Below are positions 11,694 to 21,198 of a DNA stretch of 64,000 nt, one piece after another. Position 1 is the stretch's first letter; every line of letters starts with the position of its first letter. The position numbers were made by a program, and so were the translations under genes. The DNA comes from Candidatus Omnitrophota bacterium (lineage in GTDB: Bacteria; Omnitrophota; Gorgyraeia; JAHJTE01): positions 773,624-837,623 of the forward strand of contig JAHJTE010000001.1 of assembly GCA_018830005.1 (NCBI GenBank). Direction: 5' to 3'. A model generated the notes under the pieces. It was not told where the DNA came from and searched no databases. It saw nothing but the letters and a program-made list of their open reading frames with translations.

Positions 11694-12370
11694 TGACGTA
11701 ACAACGCTAGCCTGCTCCGAAAAATATCGGAGAATAATTACCAACTATATGCAGGAAACTCCTCAAAAAGTGTTGATACTAGCTCGACTATTGAGTCGGA
11801 GCAGTAAAAATGCAACATTCAAGGGGAAAATCCGCAGGGAAGTCTGAAAGGAGAAAATATGACCCCTCAGAGACCAAACGTTGGAAATCGTGGCAGAGTT
11901 TCGAGATTGACTGATGAATGGATTTCGGGTTTTATCGATGGGGAAGGATGTTTCCATATCGGAATCAGTAAACATAATGATTTACGAATAGGATATCAAA
12001 TCCTCCCAGAGCTAACCGTAGTTCAACACAAGCGCGATTTAGATTTACTTCATGAATTGCGTTCAACGATGAATTGCGGGGTAGTGCGAAGAAACCACGG
12101 AGATCGATTCTGTTGGAGAGTAAGAAATTTGCAAAATCTCTCAGAAGTGATAATTCCGTTTTTTGATAAACATCCGTTAAGATCAAAAAAATATGTAGAT
12201 TTTTTGAAATTCAGAAAAGTGGTTATGAAGATGCAAAAAGGGGAACATCTTACAAAGGATGGTTTCCAGCAAATAGTAAAAATTGCATCAAAAATGAATC
12301 GCTGTCAATCAAAAATGAAGCCAGATTTAAGAGAGAGTCCACTCCAGGATGAAAATTCTGGGTAATAGTG
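11694..12370 (+). mobile_element. Group I-like intron in 23S at position ~1931 (between cctaaggt and agcgaaattcc) carrying a LAGLIDADG homing endonuclease gene
   Basis: A 677-nt insertion. The 5' exon ends in U and the intron ends in G (..taatagtg|agcgaaatt). It contains the 168-aa ORF listed below. L1931 is a recurrent group I intron site in bacterial and organellar LSU rRNA. Confidence 0.7.
11859..12365 (+). CDS. Single-motif LAGLIDADG homing endonuclease (I-CreI-like size, 168 aa) encoded inside the 23S intron
   Basis: Motif ..DEWISGFIDGEGCFHIGIS.. (a LAGLIDADG variant). The size of 168 aa is typical of homodimeric LAGLIDADG enzymes. The ORF lies wholly within the rRNA intron. Confidence 0.8.
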   Translation: MTPQRPNVGNRGRVSRLTDEWISGFIDGEGCFHIGISKHNDLRIGYQILPELTVVQHKRDLDLLHELRSTMNCGVVRRNHGDRFCWRVRNLQNLSEVIIPFFDKHPLRSKKYVDFLKFRKVVMKMQKGEHLTKDGFQQIVKIASKMNRCQSKMKPDLRESPLQDENSG

Positions 12371-12805
12371 AGCGAAATTCCTTGTGGGGTAAGTTCCCAC
12401 GCGCACGAATGGTGTACCAACATGGGCGCTGTCTCGACGAGAGACTCGGTGAAATTGTAGTGGCGGTGAAGATGCCGCCTACCCGCAGCAAGACGAAAAG
12501 ACCCCGGAACTTTTACTGTATCCTGGTATTGAATTTTGGTCCGATATGTGTAGTATAGGTGGGAGGCTTTGAGGCCCGGCCGCTAGGTTGGGCAGAGCCA
12601 TCAGTGAAATACCACCCTTATTTTCCTAAAATTCTAACCCCTTAGCTTTAATCAGCTAGGGAAACAGTGCCAGGTGGGCAGTTTAACTGGGGCGGTTTCC
12701 TCCTAAAATGTAACGGCGGAGCCCAAAGGTTCCCTCAAGGCGGTCGGCAATCGCCTGTTGAGTGTAAGGGCATAAGGGAGCTTAACTGCAATTCCGACAG
12801 GAAGC

Positions 12806-12840
<35 letters not shown>

Positions 12841-13422
12841 AGAAAGTGGGATTGCCATCGCTCAACGGATAAAAAGTACTCCGGGGATAACAGGCTTATC
12901 GCGCTCGAGAGTTCATATCGACAGCGCGGATTGGCACCTCGATGTCGGCTCATCCTATCCTGGGGCTGTATAAGGTCCCAAGGGTCCGGCTGTTCGCCGG
13001 TTAAAAGGGTACGCGAGCTGGGTTTAGAACGTCGCAAGACAGTTCGGTCTCTATCTGCTGTGGGCGTAAGGATACTTGAAGGGAAGCTCTCCCTAGTACG
13101 AGAGGACCGGGAGAGACGGACCGCTGGTGTACCAGTTGTCCTGCCAAGGGCAAGTGCTGGGTAGCCATGTTCGGAAAGGATAAGCGCTGAAGGCATCTAA
13201 GTGCCAAGCCCCTCTCAAGAATAGGTATCCCTTCCCGAGCAATCGGGATGAAGGCAGGCTGTAGACTACAGCCTTGATAGGCTCTGTGTGTAAGATCTGT
13301 AAGGATTTTAGCTGAAGAGTACTAATAGCCAATCGGCTTGACCACTCGGTATATTAGTTATAAGAAGCTGGTCTATTGTATTTAGTTTCACCCTGAATCT
13401 TAGTTGTTTTTAATTAAAAATT

Positions 13423-13538
13423 GGGAGTGTCTTTACTGAGGAGGAAACACCCGTTCCCATTCCGAATACGGTAGTTAAGCTCCTCGAGGTCGATGGTACT
13501 GTAGTGGTAACGCTACGGGAGAGTAGATAGGTGCTCCC
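13423..13538 (+). rRNA. rrf: 5S rRNA
   Basis: ..cccgttcccattccgaatacggtagttaagc..ggtactgtagtggtaacgctacgggagagtagataggtgctccc has the length and conserved blocks of bacterial 5S. Confidence 0.85.
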
Positions 13539-13550
13539 TTAGACTTTAAT

Positions 13551-13586
13551 AGCCCTTTGAAATTAATTCAGAGGGCTATTTTTTTT
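13551..13586 (+). terminator. Rho-independent terminator of the rrn operon
   Basis: Hairpin agccctttgaaattaattcagagggct followed by a T8 run. Confidence 0.7.
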
Positions 13587-13610
13587 AAATTGCAAAATAC
13601 AAACAGCTCT

Positions 13611-13639
13611 TGATTGACTTTTATGAATAGATTTGTTAC
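13611..13639 (+). promoter_or_regulatory. Candidate promoter TTGACT-17-TACTAT immediately upstream of the pfkB-family gene
   Basis: ttgact..tttatgaatagatttgt..tactat; the ATG lies about 13 nt downstream of the -10. Confidence 0.35.
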
Positions 13640-13651
13640 TATATTAGCGCT

Positions 13652-14548
13652 ATGAGTTTATTAGTCTTAGGAACAGTAGCTTTAGATTCAGTGAGAACTC
13701 CAGCTGGGCTGCGCAGGAAAATGCTAGGTGGTTCAGCCGTGCATTTTTCAATGAGCGCCAGACTTTTTACGCCAGTAGCTCTGGTCGGGGTAATCGGTTT
13801 TGATTTTCCTAAGGAATATATCCGACTCTTACGCAGAAAGGGTATTAACTTAGATAGTCTTAAGAGGGCCAAAGGCAAGACATTCCACTGGCAGGGTGAG
13901 TATAAGGGTGATATGAATTCTGCCATTACTATTAATACTGAATTAGGCGTTCTTATTAGCTCAAAGCCAATACTTGCCCCCGAACATAGGAAGATAAAAA
14001 ATATCTTCTTAGCTAATATTGATCCTGATGATCAAAGATTGGTTTTGGATTTAGTGCATCAGGCAGAATTTGTAGGCCTAGACAGTATGAATTACTGGAT
14101 TGATAATAAAAAGAAGAGTCTGCTTAAGGTTATGAAAAGAGTGCATCTTTTCGTTGCCAACGAGCATGAGGCGCGTAGTTTAACCGGAGAATTCAATTTG
14201 ATCAAGGCTGCTAAAAATTTATCCTCTCTAGGCCCTGAGATAATTGTAATAAAGAAAGGAGAGCACGGGCTTATTTTTTATACCTCGAATTTCCTTTTTT
14301 GCCTGCCGGCTTATCCTATAACTGGAGTTGTTGACCCTACTGGCGCTGGAGATACCTTTGCCGGCGCATTAATGGGCTACCTTAGTTCACACAAAAAAAA
14401 CAGCTCTAACATTAAAAAGGCGCTCTGTAATGCTGTTGTCTGCGCCAGTTTTAATGTAGAGGGATTCGGTTTAGATGTAACGAAAGATCTAGAGGCATCT
14501 CAATTATGCAGACGCATCAGAGAGTTTAAAAAGATAACTTCGATATAG
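13652..14548 (+). CDS. PfkB-family carbohydrate/nucleoside kinase (ribokinase-like)
   Basis: C-terminal PfkB signature DPTGAGDTFAGALMGYL. The N-terminus MSLLVLGTVALD is ribokinase-like. 298 aa. Confidence 0.75.
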   Translation: MSLLVLGTVALDSVRTPAGLRRKMLGGSAVHFSMSARLFTPVALVGVIGFDFPKEYIRLLRRKGINLDSLKRAKGKTFHWQGEYKGDMNSAITINTELGVLISSKPILAPEHRKIKNIFLANIDPDDQRLVLDLVHQAEFVGLDSMNYWIDNKKKSLLKVMKRVHLFVANEHEARSLTGEFNLIKAAKNLSSLGPEIIVIKKGEHGLIFYTSNFLFCLPAYPITGVVDPTGAGDTFAGALMGYLSSHKKNSSNIKKALCNAVVCASFNVEGFGLDVTKDLEASQLCRRIREFKKITSI

Positions 14549-14557
14549 ACTAAAATT

Positions 14558-15283
14558 ATGGAAATAAAGATTCGAACTACTAAGGATACAGCGATCTTAG
14601 ACCTCAGGGGGAATTTAGATGTCAATGCCTCTAATTTTATTGAGGCAATCGGCGAGGTCTTGCGGCAGGGTTTTAAAAAGGTTATTTGTAATTTTAAGGA
14701 TGTAGATATTATTGACTATATGGGACTTTCCGGATTAGCGATTGCTTACAAGAATATCAGTAACCACGATGCCGTCTTGAAGCTTTCTGATGTGCCGACC
14801 CATATAAAAAGCGTTTTTTCGCTTCTGTTATTGGATAATGTTTTAGAGATTTGCGGCACTGAAGCTGAGGCCCTGAAAAATTTTCAATATGATGATTCCT
14901 TTTCAAAGATAGAAAGTAAGAAACTGCGCAGAAGATTCAAACGCCTGCCAATAAATCTAAAAATAAAGTTTAGGCGCAAATTTAGCTCCTCTAAAGATTT
15001 TTTAGAAGGAAAGATATTCAACATTAGTGCCATAGGTGTTTTTATATACACAAAGAAGACTTTTGAGCTTAATGATATTTTGAGGTGTCGAATTCTACTG
15101 GGGGCAGAGAAAGAAACAATTGAATTTGATGCCAGAGTGGTTTGGCTTGCGGATAAAAGGCTGCAACCGCAGATTGCCCCTGGTATGGCAGTGGAATTTT
15201 ACAAGATGCCCAGTAGGATTCAGAAAAAGATTGTCGAATTCGTTGATAAAAATATTTCCCACGCAAGAGACATTGATACTTGA
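14558..15283 (+). CDS. Two-domain protein: N-terminal STAS (anti-sigma-factor-antagonist-like) domain fused to a C-terminal PilZ (c-di-GMP receptor) domain
   Basis: Residues 1-110 resemble the SpoIIAA/STAS fold (..ILDLRGNLDVNASNFIEAIGEVL..). The C-terminal part carries the PilZ motifs RRRFKR (RxxxR) and NISAIGVF (D/NxSxxG). Confidence 0.55.
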   Translation: MEIKIRTTKDTAILDLRGNLDVNASNFIEAIGEVLRQGFKKVICNFKDVDIIDYMGLSGLAIAYKNISNHDAVLKLSDVPTHIKSVFSLLLLDNVLEICGTEAEALKNFQYDDSFSKIESKKLRRRFKRLPINLKIKFRRKFSSSKDFLEGKIFNISAIGVFIYTKKTFELNDILRCRILLGAEKETIEFDARVVWLADKRLQPQIAPGMAVEFYKMPSRIQKKIVEFVDKNISHARDIDT

Positions 15284-17391
15284 GAATGAAGGAATTTTCT
15301 CGCTCCGTTAAATTCTTAAAGGGCGTTGGACCCTCCCGCGCAAAAATCTTAAAAAAATTATCCATTGAGACAATCGAGGATATTCTCTATTATTTTCCCC
15401 GCCGTTACGAAGATCGCAAAAACTTTATTAGTATAAGCCAGATAAAAGAGGATTCAAGTTATACCTTAAGAGCAAGGATTCTTTCCGTCGGAGTTCACAG
15501 TTCATTTAAAAGGCGCAATTTTAATATAGTGACTGTAAGCGTTGCTGATAATTCTGGCAAGATTGATGCTGTTTGGTTTAATCAGCGGTTCCTTGCGAAT
15601 ATGCTTAAGGTTGGCCAGGAGATTATTCTTTACGGTGAATTAAGCAGGTATAAAGATAGATTGCAGTTAAACTCACCCGAATTCGAGATAATTTCTGAAG
15701 ATGATATCTCACAAGATAATCTTAATGTCGGTCGCATAGTTCCAATCTATTCTCTGGCAAAGTTTTTAAGCCAGCGTCAGATGCGCCGGCTCGTAAAAAA
15801 TGCAATCGATGACTTTATTAGCCAAGTAAGGGATTTCCTGCCCTACGATGTTCGTAGCCGCGAAGGCCTTATTAATTTAGCAAAGGCCTTAATCAGCATT
15901 CACTTTCCACAGAATTTTAAACTCCTCGATGATGCCTATAGGAGATTGTGTTTTGACGATTGTTTTCTTTATCAGATACCGATTCTTATGCGAAAGGTTA
16001 AGGCGAGGCAAAGGAAGGGAATTTCACTAGAGACTCAAGATGGTTTTGTTGAACAAATCTTGCCTAAGTTGCCTTTTAAATTAACACCTTCTCAGTTCTA
16101 TGTCTTAATCCAGATAGAGAAAGATCTATCGAGTCCAATTCCAATGCAAAGATTATTGCAGGGCGATGTCGGCTCTGGGAAGACAATCGTGGCTTTTTTA
16201 TCAGCCTTGGTTGCGATAGAAGCAGGCGTTCAGGTTGCGCTGATGGTACCGACAGAGATTATCGCCAAACAGCATTTTCGCGTTTTAGCTAAAGTCGCAA
16301 AGGATGTTGGAAAAGATATAAGTTTTGGCCTGCTTACGGGTTCGCTAAGGCCTAAGGAAAAACAAGGCCTCTACGATAAAGTGAAGGATGGGGGTATTGA
16401 TTTATTGATTGGCACGCATGCCTTATTAAGCGAAAAGCTACGCTTTGAGAAATTGGGCTTGGTTATCATTGATGAACAGCACAAATTTGGCGTGGAGCAG
16501 AGAGCAGAGCTTTCTAAAAGGACCTTTCAGGAGAATGGAAAATACTGGCCACATAACTTAATTATGACAGCAACGCCTATACCTCGAACCCTAGCAATGA
16601 CTATCTATGGGGATTTAGAGGTATCTGTATTAAAAGAATTGCCACCAGCAAGACAGCCTATAATTACCAAAAAATTCTCACAAGGCGAAGTCGAGAAGGC
16701 ATATGGATTCTTAAAGGAAGTCCTAGCTTGTGGTGGCCAGGCGTATATAATTTATCCAATTATCGAAGAATCCCAAAGCATGGACTTGAAGGCAGCCAAG
16801 GCTATGTATGAGGCATTAAGAAAGGAAATTTTTAAGGATTTCCGCATTGGTCTAATTCATAGTCGTCTAAATCAGACAGAGCAGGGCCGAATTATGGAAG
16901 GCTTTTATGAAGGAAAAATAGATATATTAGTAGCAACAAGCATCTTAGAGGTCGGCGTAGATGTGCCGGATGCGTCATGCATTTTAATTGAAGAGGCAGA
17001 TCGCTTTGGGCTTTCGACTTTACATCAGTTGCGCGGTAGGGTTGGAAGGTCAGATAAGCAGTCGTATTGTCTTATAGTTAGTTCTTCTCGCACCCAAGAA
17101 GGCGCAGCGCGTATTAAGGCTATAACCAGCCTTTCTGATGGTTTTAAGCTTGCTGAGGCTGATTTGCGAATCAGGGGTCCAGGCCAATTTTTCGGTAGAG
17201 AGCAGCATGGTCTTAGTGATCTGAAATTTGTCGATCCTTTAGGGCAGATGCACATTTTGAAAAATGCCAGAGATGAAGCTATCCGCTTATTGGATAAAGA
17301 TCCCCAACTAAGTCAACGCCAGCATCACCTCATGCGCTTGGCCCTGAAAAGTAGATATCCTGATTTTGAGACGTTGATGATGACAGGTTAG
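15280..17391 (+). CDS. recG: ATP-dependent DNA helicase RecG
   Basis: The N-terminal wedge-domain region reads FLKGVGPSRAKILKKLSIETIEDILYYFPRRYEDR. Helicase motifs are GDVGSGKT, DEQHKFGV and TATPIPRTL. 703 aa. Confidence 0.9.
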   Translation: MRMKEFSRSVKFLKGVGPSRAKILKKLSIETIEDILYYFPRRYEDRKNFISISQIKEDSSYTLRARILSVGVHSSFKRRNFNIVTVSVADNSGKIDAVWFNQRFLANMLKVGQEIILYGELSRYKDRLQLNSPEFEIISEDDISQDNLNVGRIVPIYSLAKFLSQRQMRRLVKNAIDDFISQVRDFLPYDVRSREGLINLAKALISIHFPQNFKLLDDAYRRLCFDDCFLYQIPILMRKVKARQRKGISLETQDGFVEQILPKLPFKLTPSQFYVLIQIEKDLSSPIPMQRLLQGDVGSGKTIVAFLSALVAIEAGVQVALMVPTEIIAKQHFRVLAKVAKDVGKDISFGLLTGSLRPKEKQGLYDKVKDGGIDLLIGTHALLSEKLRFEKLGLVIIDEQHKFGVEQRAELSKRTFQENGKYWPHNLIMTATPIPRTLAMTIYGDLEVSVLKELPPARQPIITKKFSQGEVEKAYGFLKEVLACGGQAYIIYPIIEESQSMDLKAAKAMYEALRKEIFKDFRIGLIHSRLNQTEQGRIMEGFYEGKIDILVATSILEVGVDVPDASCILIEEADRFGLSTLHQLRGRVGRSDKQSYCLIVSSSRTQEGAARIKAITSLSDGFKLAEADLRIRGPGQFFGREQHGLSDLKFVDPLGQMHILKNARDEAIRLLDKDPQLSQRQHHLMRLALKSRYPDFETLMMTG

Positions 17392-17417
17392 CGCTAGCCT
17401 GTAGATGAGATGAGGTA

Positions 17418-17975
17418 ATGAGAATAATAGCAGGAGAGTTTAAAGGTAGAAACCTCTTAGGCCCTAAGTCAATTAGGCCGACTGAAGATAAGGTCAAAAA
17501 GTCTCTTTTTGATATCTTCAGGGAGCCTGTATTAGATTCGCGTTTCCTGGATTTATTTGCTGGATCAGGTGCAGTAGGCATTGAAGCGCTCTCGCGCGGG
17601 GCAAGAGAGGTGTATTTCGTAGAGAATAATTTTAATGCCTGCAAGATAATCGAACAAAACATAAGCAAGTTAAGGCTTAAGGAGCAGACTTATAAGATAT
17701 TAAGCATGGATGTTGAAAGGGCAATTCTTCATTTTCATAAGGCCAAGGAGGTATTTGATTTGGTATACTTAGACCCTCCTTACTATCAGGATATGGCAAA
17801 AAAAGCCTTGCAAATGCTAAGTAGCTATGATATATTAGGCCAGAATGGTTTTGTGATTGTTCAACATCATAGTAAAGATAGATTAGAGCAAGAGTCTGAC
17901 AAACTAAAGCTATGGCGCACAAGGAGTTATTCAACTACGTTGCTCTCCTTTTATAGCAAAATAACCAACCTTTAA
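17418..17975 (+). CDS. rsmD: 16S rRNA (guanine966-N2)-methyltransferase RsmD
   Basis: RPTEDKVKKSLFDIF.., LDLFAGSGAVGIEALSRGA and DPPY motifs; 185 aa. Confidence 0.8.
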   Translation: MRIIAGEFKGRNLLGPKSIRPTEDKVKKSLFDIFREPVLDSRFLDLFAGSGAVGIEALSRGAREVYFVENNFNACKIIEQNISKLRLKEQTYKILSMDVERAILHFHKAKEVFDLVYLDPPYYQDMAKKALQMLSSYDILGQNGFVIVQHHSKDRLEQESDKLKLWRTRSYSTTLLSFYSKITNL

Positions 17976-18030
17976 TTTGAATAAGCAAAAATAGTTATAA
18001 CTTTATATTTTACAAGAGGTTAGATGAATT

Positions 18031-18516
18031 ATGTGTCGAAAAGCCATTTATCCCGGGACATTTGATCCAGTCACCTTTGGGCATTTGGATTTGATTGAAA
18101 GAGCTGCAAGAATTTTCGATGAGGTAATAATTGCCATAGCAGAAAATCTTGAAAAGAAGCCATTGTTCAGTCTGGAGGAAAGAGTAGCTATGATTAAGAA
18201 GGCTACTCTAGACTTTGATAACGTCTCTGTTGAGGCCTTTGATGAGCTAGTTGTAGATTATGCCCGGAGAAAGAAGATTAGCGTTATCATTCGCGGTCTG
18301 CGTATGATTTCAGATTTTGAGTTCGAGTTTCAAATGGCCCTAACCAATAGAAAGTTGGCATCTGATATTGAGACGATATTTCTTATGCCAAGCGAGTCAT
18401 TATCTTATATTTCAAGTAAGCTACTTAAAGAGGCGGCATTTTTAGGGGCAGACTTAAAGGAATTCTTGCCGGATTTTGTTGAAGTTGCTTTAAAGAAACG
18501 CCTAAAAGCTAGATAG
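18031..18516 (+). CDS. coaD: Phosphopantetheine adenylyltransferase
   Basis: AIYPGTFDPVTFGHLDLIERA (HxGH nucleotidyltransferase motif), 161 aa. Confidence 0.9.
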   Translation: MCRKAIYPGTFDPVTFGHLDLIERAARIFDEVIIAIAENLEKKPLFSLEERVAMIKKATLDFDNVSVEAFDELVVDYARRKKISVIIRGLRMISDFEFEFQMALTNRKLASDIETIFLMPSESLSYISSKLLKEAAFLGADLKEFLPDFVEVALKKRLKAR

Positions 18517-18552
18517 TCACAAGACTGTATCTGTCGGTCATCTGTATATAAT

Positions 18553-18966
18553 ATGAAAATAGCTCTTAGGGATATTCCTGATACAGGTACATTGAATCTT
18601 GTACATACATTTGGCTTGAATGAACTTGATTTGTGTACAGATTCTACTTTGTTATCTGAGCCGGTGAATATAAATGTCAAGATATCCAAAGGTATAAATA
18701 TTGTTATAGTTGATGCTCAGATTCGCGGTGCAATGCAGTTTGATTGTGCACGCTGTCTAAAGGCCTTTAAATGGCCATTTGATAAAAGTGCGAGATTTGA
18801 TTACCAAGTGCAGCCCAACGATTCATATATAATAGTTGATGATAATTTGAGAGAAGAGATTGTATTAGATTTTCCAGTTAAGCCGCTTTGTAAAAGCGAT
18901 TGCCGTGGCCTGTGTCCAAATTGCGGCGAAGATTTGAATCTTGCACTCTGCAAGTGCAAAAAGTAG
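18553..18966 (+). CDS. yceD: YceD/DUF177 family protein (23S rRNA accumulation protein), in the conserved position upstream of rpmF
   Basis: C-terminal CxxxCxxxCPNCG cluster (CKSDCRGLCPNCGEDLN) and gene context yceD-rpmF-plsX. Confidence 0.7.
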   Translation: MKIALRDIPDTGTLNLVHTFGLNELDLCTDSTLLSEPVNINVKISKGINIVIVDAQIRGAMQFDCARCLKAFKWPFDKSARFDYQVQPNDSYIIVDDNLREEIVLDFPVKPLCKSDCRGLCPNCGEDLNLALCKCKK

Positions 18967-19002
18967 ACTAAAGATAGTAATCTAAAATTTCAGGAGGTAG
19001 GA

Positions 19003-19206
19003 ATGGCGTTACCAAAAAGAAGATTTTCGCGTTCTCGAAGTTTAAAGAAAAGGGCTCATAAGAAGCTTGCTAATTTAAAACTTTCAATATGTCTTCACTG
19101 TAAATCTAAGAAAATACCGCATACGATCTGTCCTGTTTGCGGATTTTATAAAGGCAAGCAGGTTATCGAGATCAAAAAGAAAGAAAAGAAAGAGAAGAAG
19201 AGGTAG
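19003..19206 (+). CDS. rpmF: 50S ribosomal protein L32
   Basis: MALPKRRFSRSRSLKKRAH.. with a Cys4 zinc ribbon (CLHC..CPVCG). Confidence 0.9.
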   Translation: MALPKRRFSRSRSLKKRAHKKLANLKLSICLHCKSKKIPHTICPVCGFYKGKQVIEIKKKEKKEKKR

Positions 19207-19223
19207 TTAGGAGTTATTGACTT

Positions 19224-20228
19224 ATGAAGATAGCAGTTGATGCAATGGGTGGAGATTACGCCCCTAAAACAACAGTTGCGGGTGCAGTCCAAGCAAAAAA
19301 ACTTTATGATGTTGACATTGTCCTCGTAGGAAAGAGTGATGTAATCCGGAAAGAGTTATCTCGTATAAAACATGCTCCTTCTGATGTTGAGATTGTTGAT
19401 GCGTCTGAAGTTATTGTCATGCGCGAACCAGCGGCAGCCAGTGTGCGAAAGAAGCGGCACTCTTCAATAGTCACTGGAATAGGTCTGTTAAAAGATAATA
19501 AGGCAGATGCCTTTGTTAGCGCTGGAAACACTGGGGCTGTCGTGTGTGCTGCTACTTTGAGTCTAAGATTATTGCCAGGGATAGAACGGCCTGGAATCTC
19601 AATAGTAATTCCAACTTTAAAAAGTGCAGGGCTGATCATTGATGTTGGAGCCAATATCGACCCTAAGCCTATACATCTGCTTCAATATGCCATAATGAGT
19701 GATGCCTACTTAAGGAATATAATGAAAAGACAAAACCCACGCATTGGGCTTCTTAATATCGGCGAGGAAGAGACCAAGGGTACGGATTTTCTTAAAGAGA
19801 CATATCAACTTATGGAGAGGTCTGATTTTAATTTTATCGGCAATATAGAGGCAAGAGATATATTCTCGGGAAACTGTGATGCTGCTGTTTGTGATGGTTT
19901 TGTTGGAAATGTCTCTCTTAAGATTTTAGAAGGCGTAGGCGAGGTTGTTTCAGAGCTTCTGCGACGGGAATTAAAGGGCAATCCGCTGGCAAAGATAGGT
20001 TTGCTTTTTGCCAAGAATAGCTTGCGTAGATTTAGGAAGAGGCTAGATTATTCCGAATACGGAGGTGCGCCTCTTTTAGGGGTTGACGGCGTAATCATTA
20101 TCGGCCATGGACGTTCTAGCGCAAATGCGATTAAAAACGCCATCAGGGTAGCTAAGGAAGAAGTTGAGAATAAGGTAAACGAAAAGATTGTTGATCGAAT
20201 CAGGCATTCCAGGAGCGTTAATGACTAG
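19224..20228 (+). CDS. plsX: Phosphate acyltransferase PlsX
   Basis: MKIAVDAMGGDYAPK.. N-terminus, 334 aa, position between rpmF and fabH. Confidence 0.9.
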   Translation: MKIAVDAMGGDYAPKTTVAGAVQAKKLYDVDIVLVGKSDVIRKELSRIKHAPSDVEIVDASEVIVMREPAAASVRKKRHSSIVTGIGLLKDNKADAFVSAGNTGAVVCAATLSLRLLPGIERPGISIVIPTLKSAGLIIDVGANIDPKPIHLLQYAIMSDAYLRNIMKRQNPRIGLLNIGEEETKGTDFLKETYQLMERSDFNFIGNIEARDIFSGNCDAAVCDGFVGNVSLKILEGVGEVVSELLRRELKGNPLAKIGLLFAKNSLRRFRKRLDYSEYGGAPLLGVDGVIIIGHGRSSANAIKNAIRVAKEEVENKVNEKIVDRIRHSRSVND

Positions 20229-21198
20229 GGTAGGGATTATTGGAGTGGGAGATTATCTCCCGAAAAGGATCTTAAATAATAGCCATCTGGAGAAAATGGT
20301 TAATACTTCAGATGAATGGATTTTTACTCGCACTGGAATAAAGGAAAGAAGAATTGCTAGAAAAAATGAGTCTACGTCAGATATGGCTGTTGTTGCTGCT
20401 CGGCGTGCCTTAAGAAATGCCCACCTGAAAGCTCAAGACGTGGATCTAATTATTGTAGCCACTATAACGGGCGATATGCATTTTCCTTCAACAGCCTGTT
20501 TGGTTCAAAATGCCCTGGGTGCTTTTAATGCAGCATGTTTTGATATAAACGCAGCCTGTCCTGGGTTTGTTTATGCACTTGTTAATGCCCAGGCATTTAT
20601 CAAAAGTGGGATTTATCGTAATGCCTTAATTATCGGCGCAGAAAAATTGACATCTATAACTGATTGGACAGACAGGAATACTTGCATATTGTTTGGTGAT
20701 GGAGCAGGCGCTGCTGTTTTAGCCCCAGTAAAAAGAGGCGGGATACTTTCAAGTTTCTTAGCAAGTAATGGCGCCTTAGCAGATTTACTATTTCTGCCTG
20801 CAGGAGGTTCAAAACTGCCAACGAGCAAACAAACGCTAAAGCAGCGAATGCATTTTATAAAGATGCGCGGAAATGAATTATTTAAATTTGCTGTTAAGTT
20901 AATGGTAGATGCTGCAAACTCTGCTTTAAAAAAATGCGGCCTTAATTGTTCTGATGTTACTTATATAATTCCGCATCAGGCAAATATAAGGATTCTTTTA
21001 GCAGTTGCAAGGAAACTGGGACTTCCTAAAGAAAAGATATTCTTGAATCTTCACAAATACGGTAATATGTCAAGCGCTTCCACAGCAGTAGCCCTATCTG
21101 AAGTAATTAAAAAGAAGAAACTGAAAAAAGGCGATATTCTTGTTCTCGATGCCTTTGGTGCAGGTCTGGTGTGGGGTGCAGCAGTGATTGAATGGTGA
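20221..21198 (+). CDS. fabH: 3-oxoacyl-ACP synthase III (FabH). The ATG at 20221 overlaps the plsX stop by 8 nt; the ORF-track start at 20188 is an in-frame upstream extension.
   Basis: MTRVGIIGVGDYLPKRILNN.., active-site region AACPGFVYAL, HQAN and GNMSSAS motifs. Confidence 0.9.
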   Translation: MTRVGIIGVGDYLPKRILNNSHLEKMVNTSDEWIFTRTGIKERRIARKNESTSDMAVVAARRALRNAHLKAQDVDLIIVATITGDMHFPSTACLVQNALGAFNAACFDINAACPGFVYALVNAQAFIKSGIYRNALIIGAEKLTSITDWTDRNTCILFGDGAGAAVLAPVKRGGILSSFLASNGALADLLFLPAGGSKLPTSKQTLKQRMHFIKMRGNELFKFAVKLMVDAANSALKKCGLNCSDVTYIIPHQANIRILLAVARKLGLPKEKIFLNLHKYGNMSSASTAVALSEVIKKKKLKKGDILVLDAFGAGLVWGAAVIEW

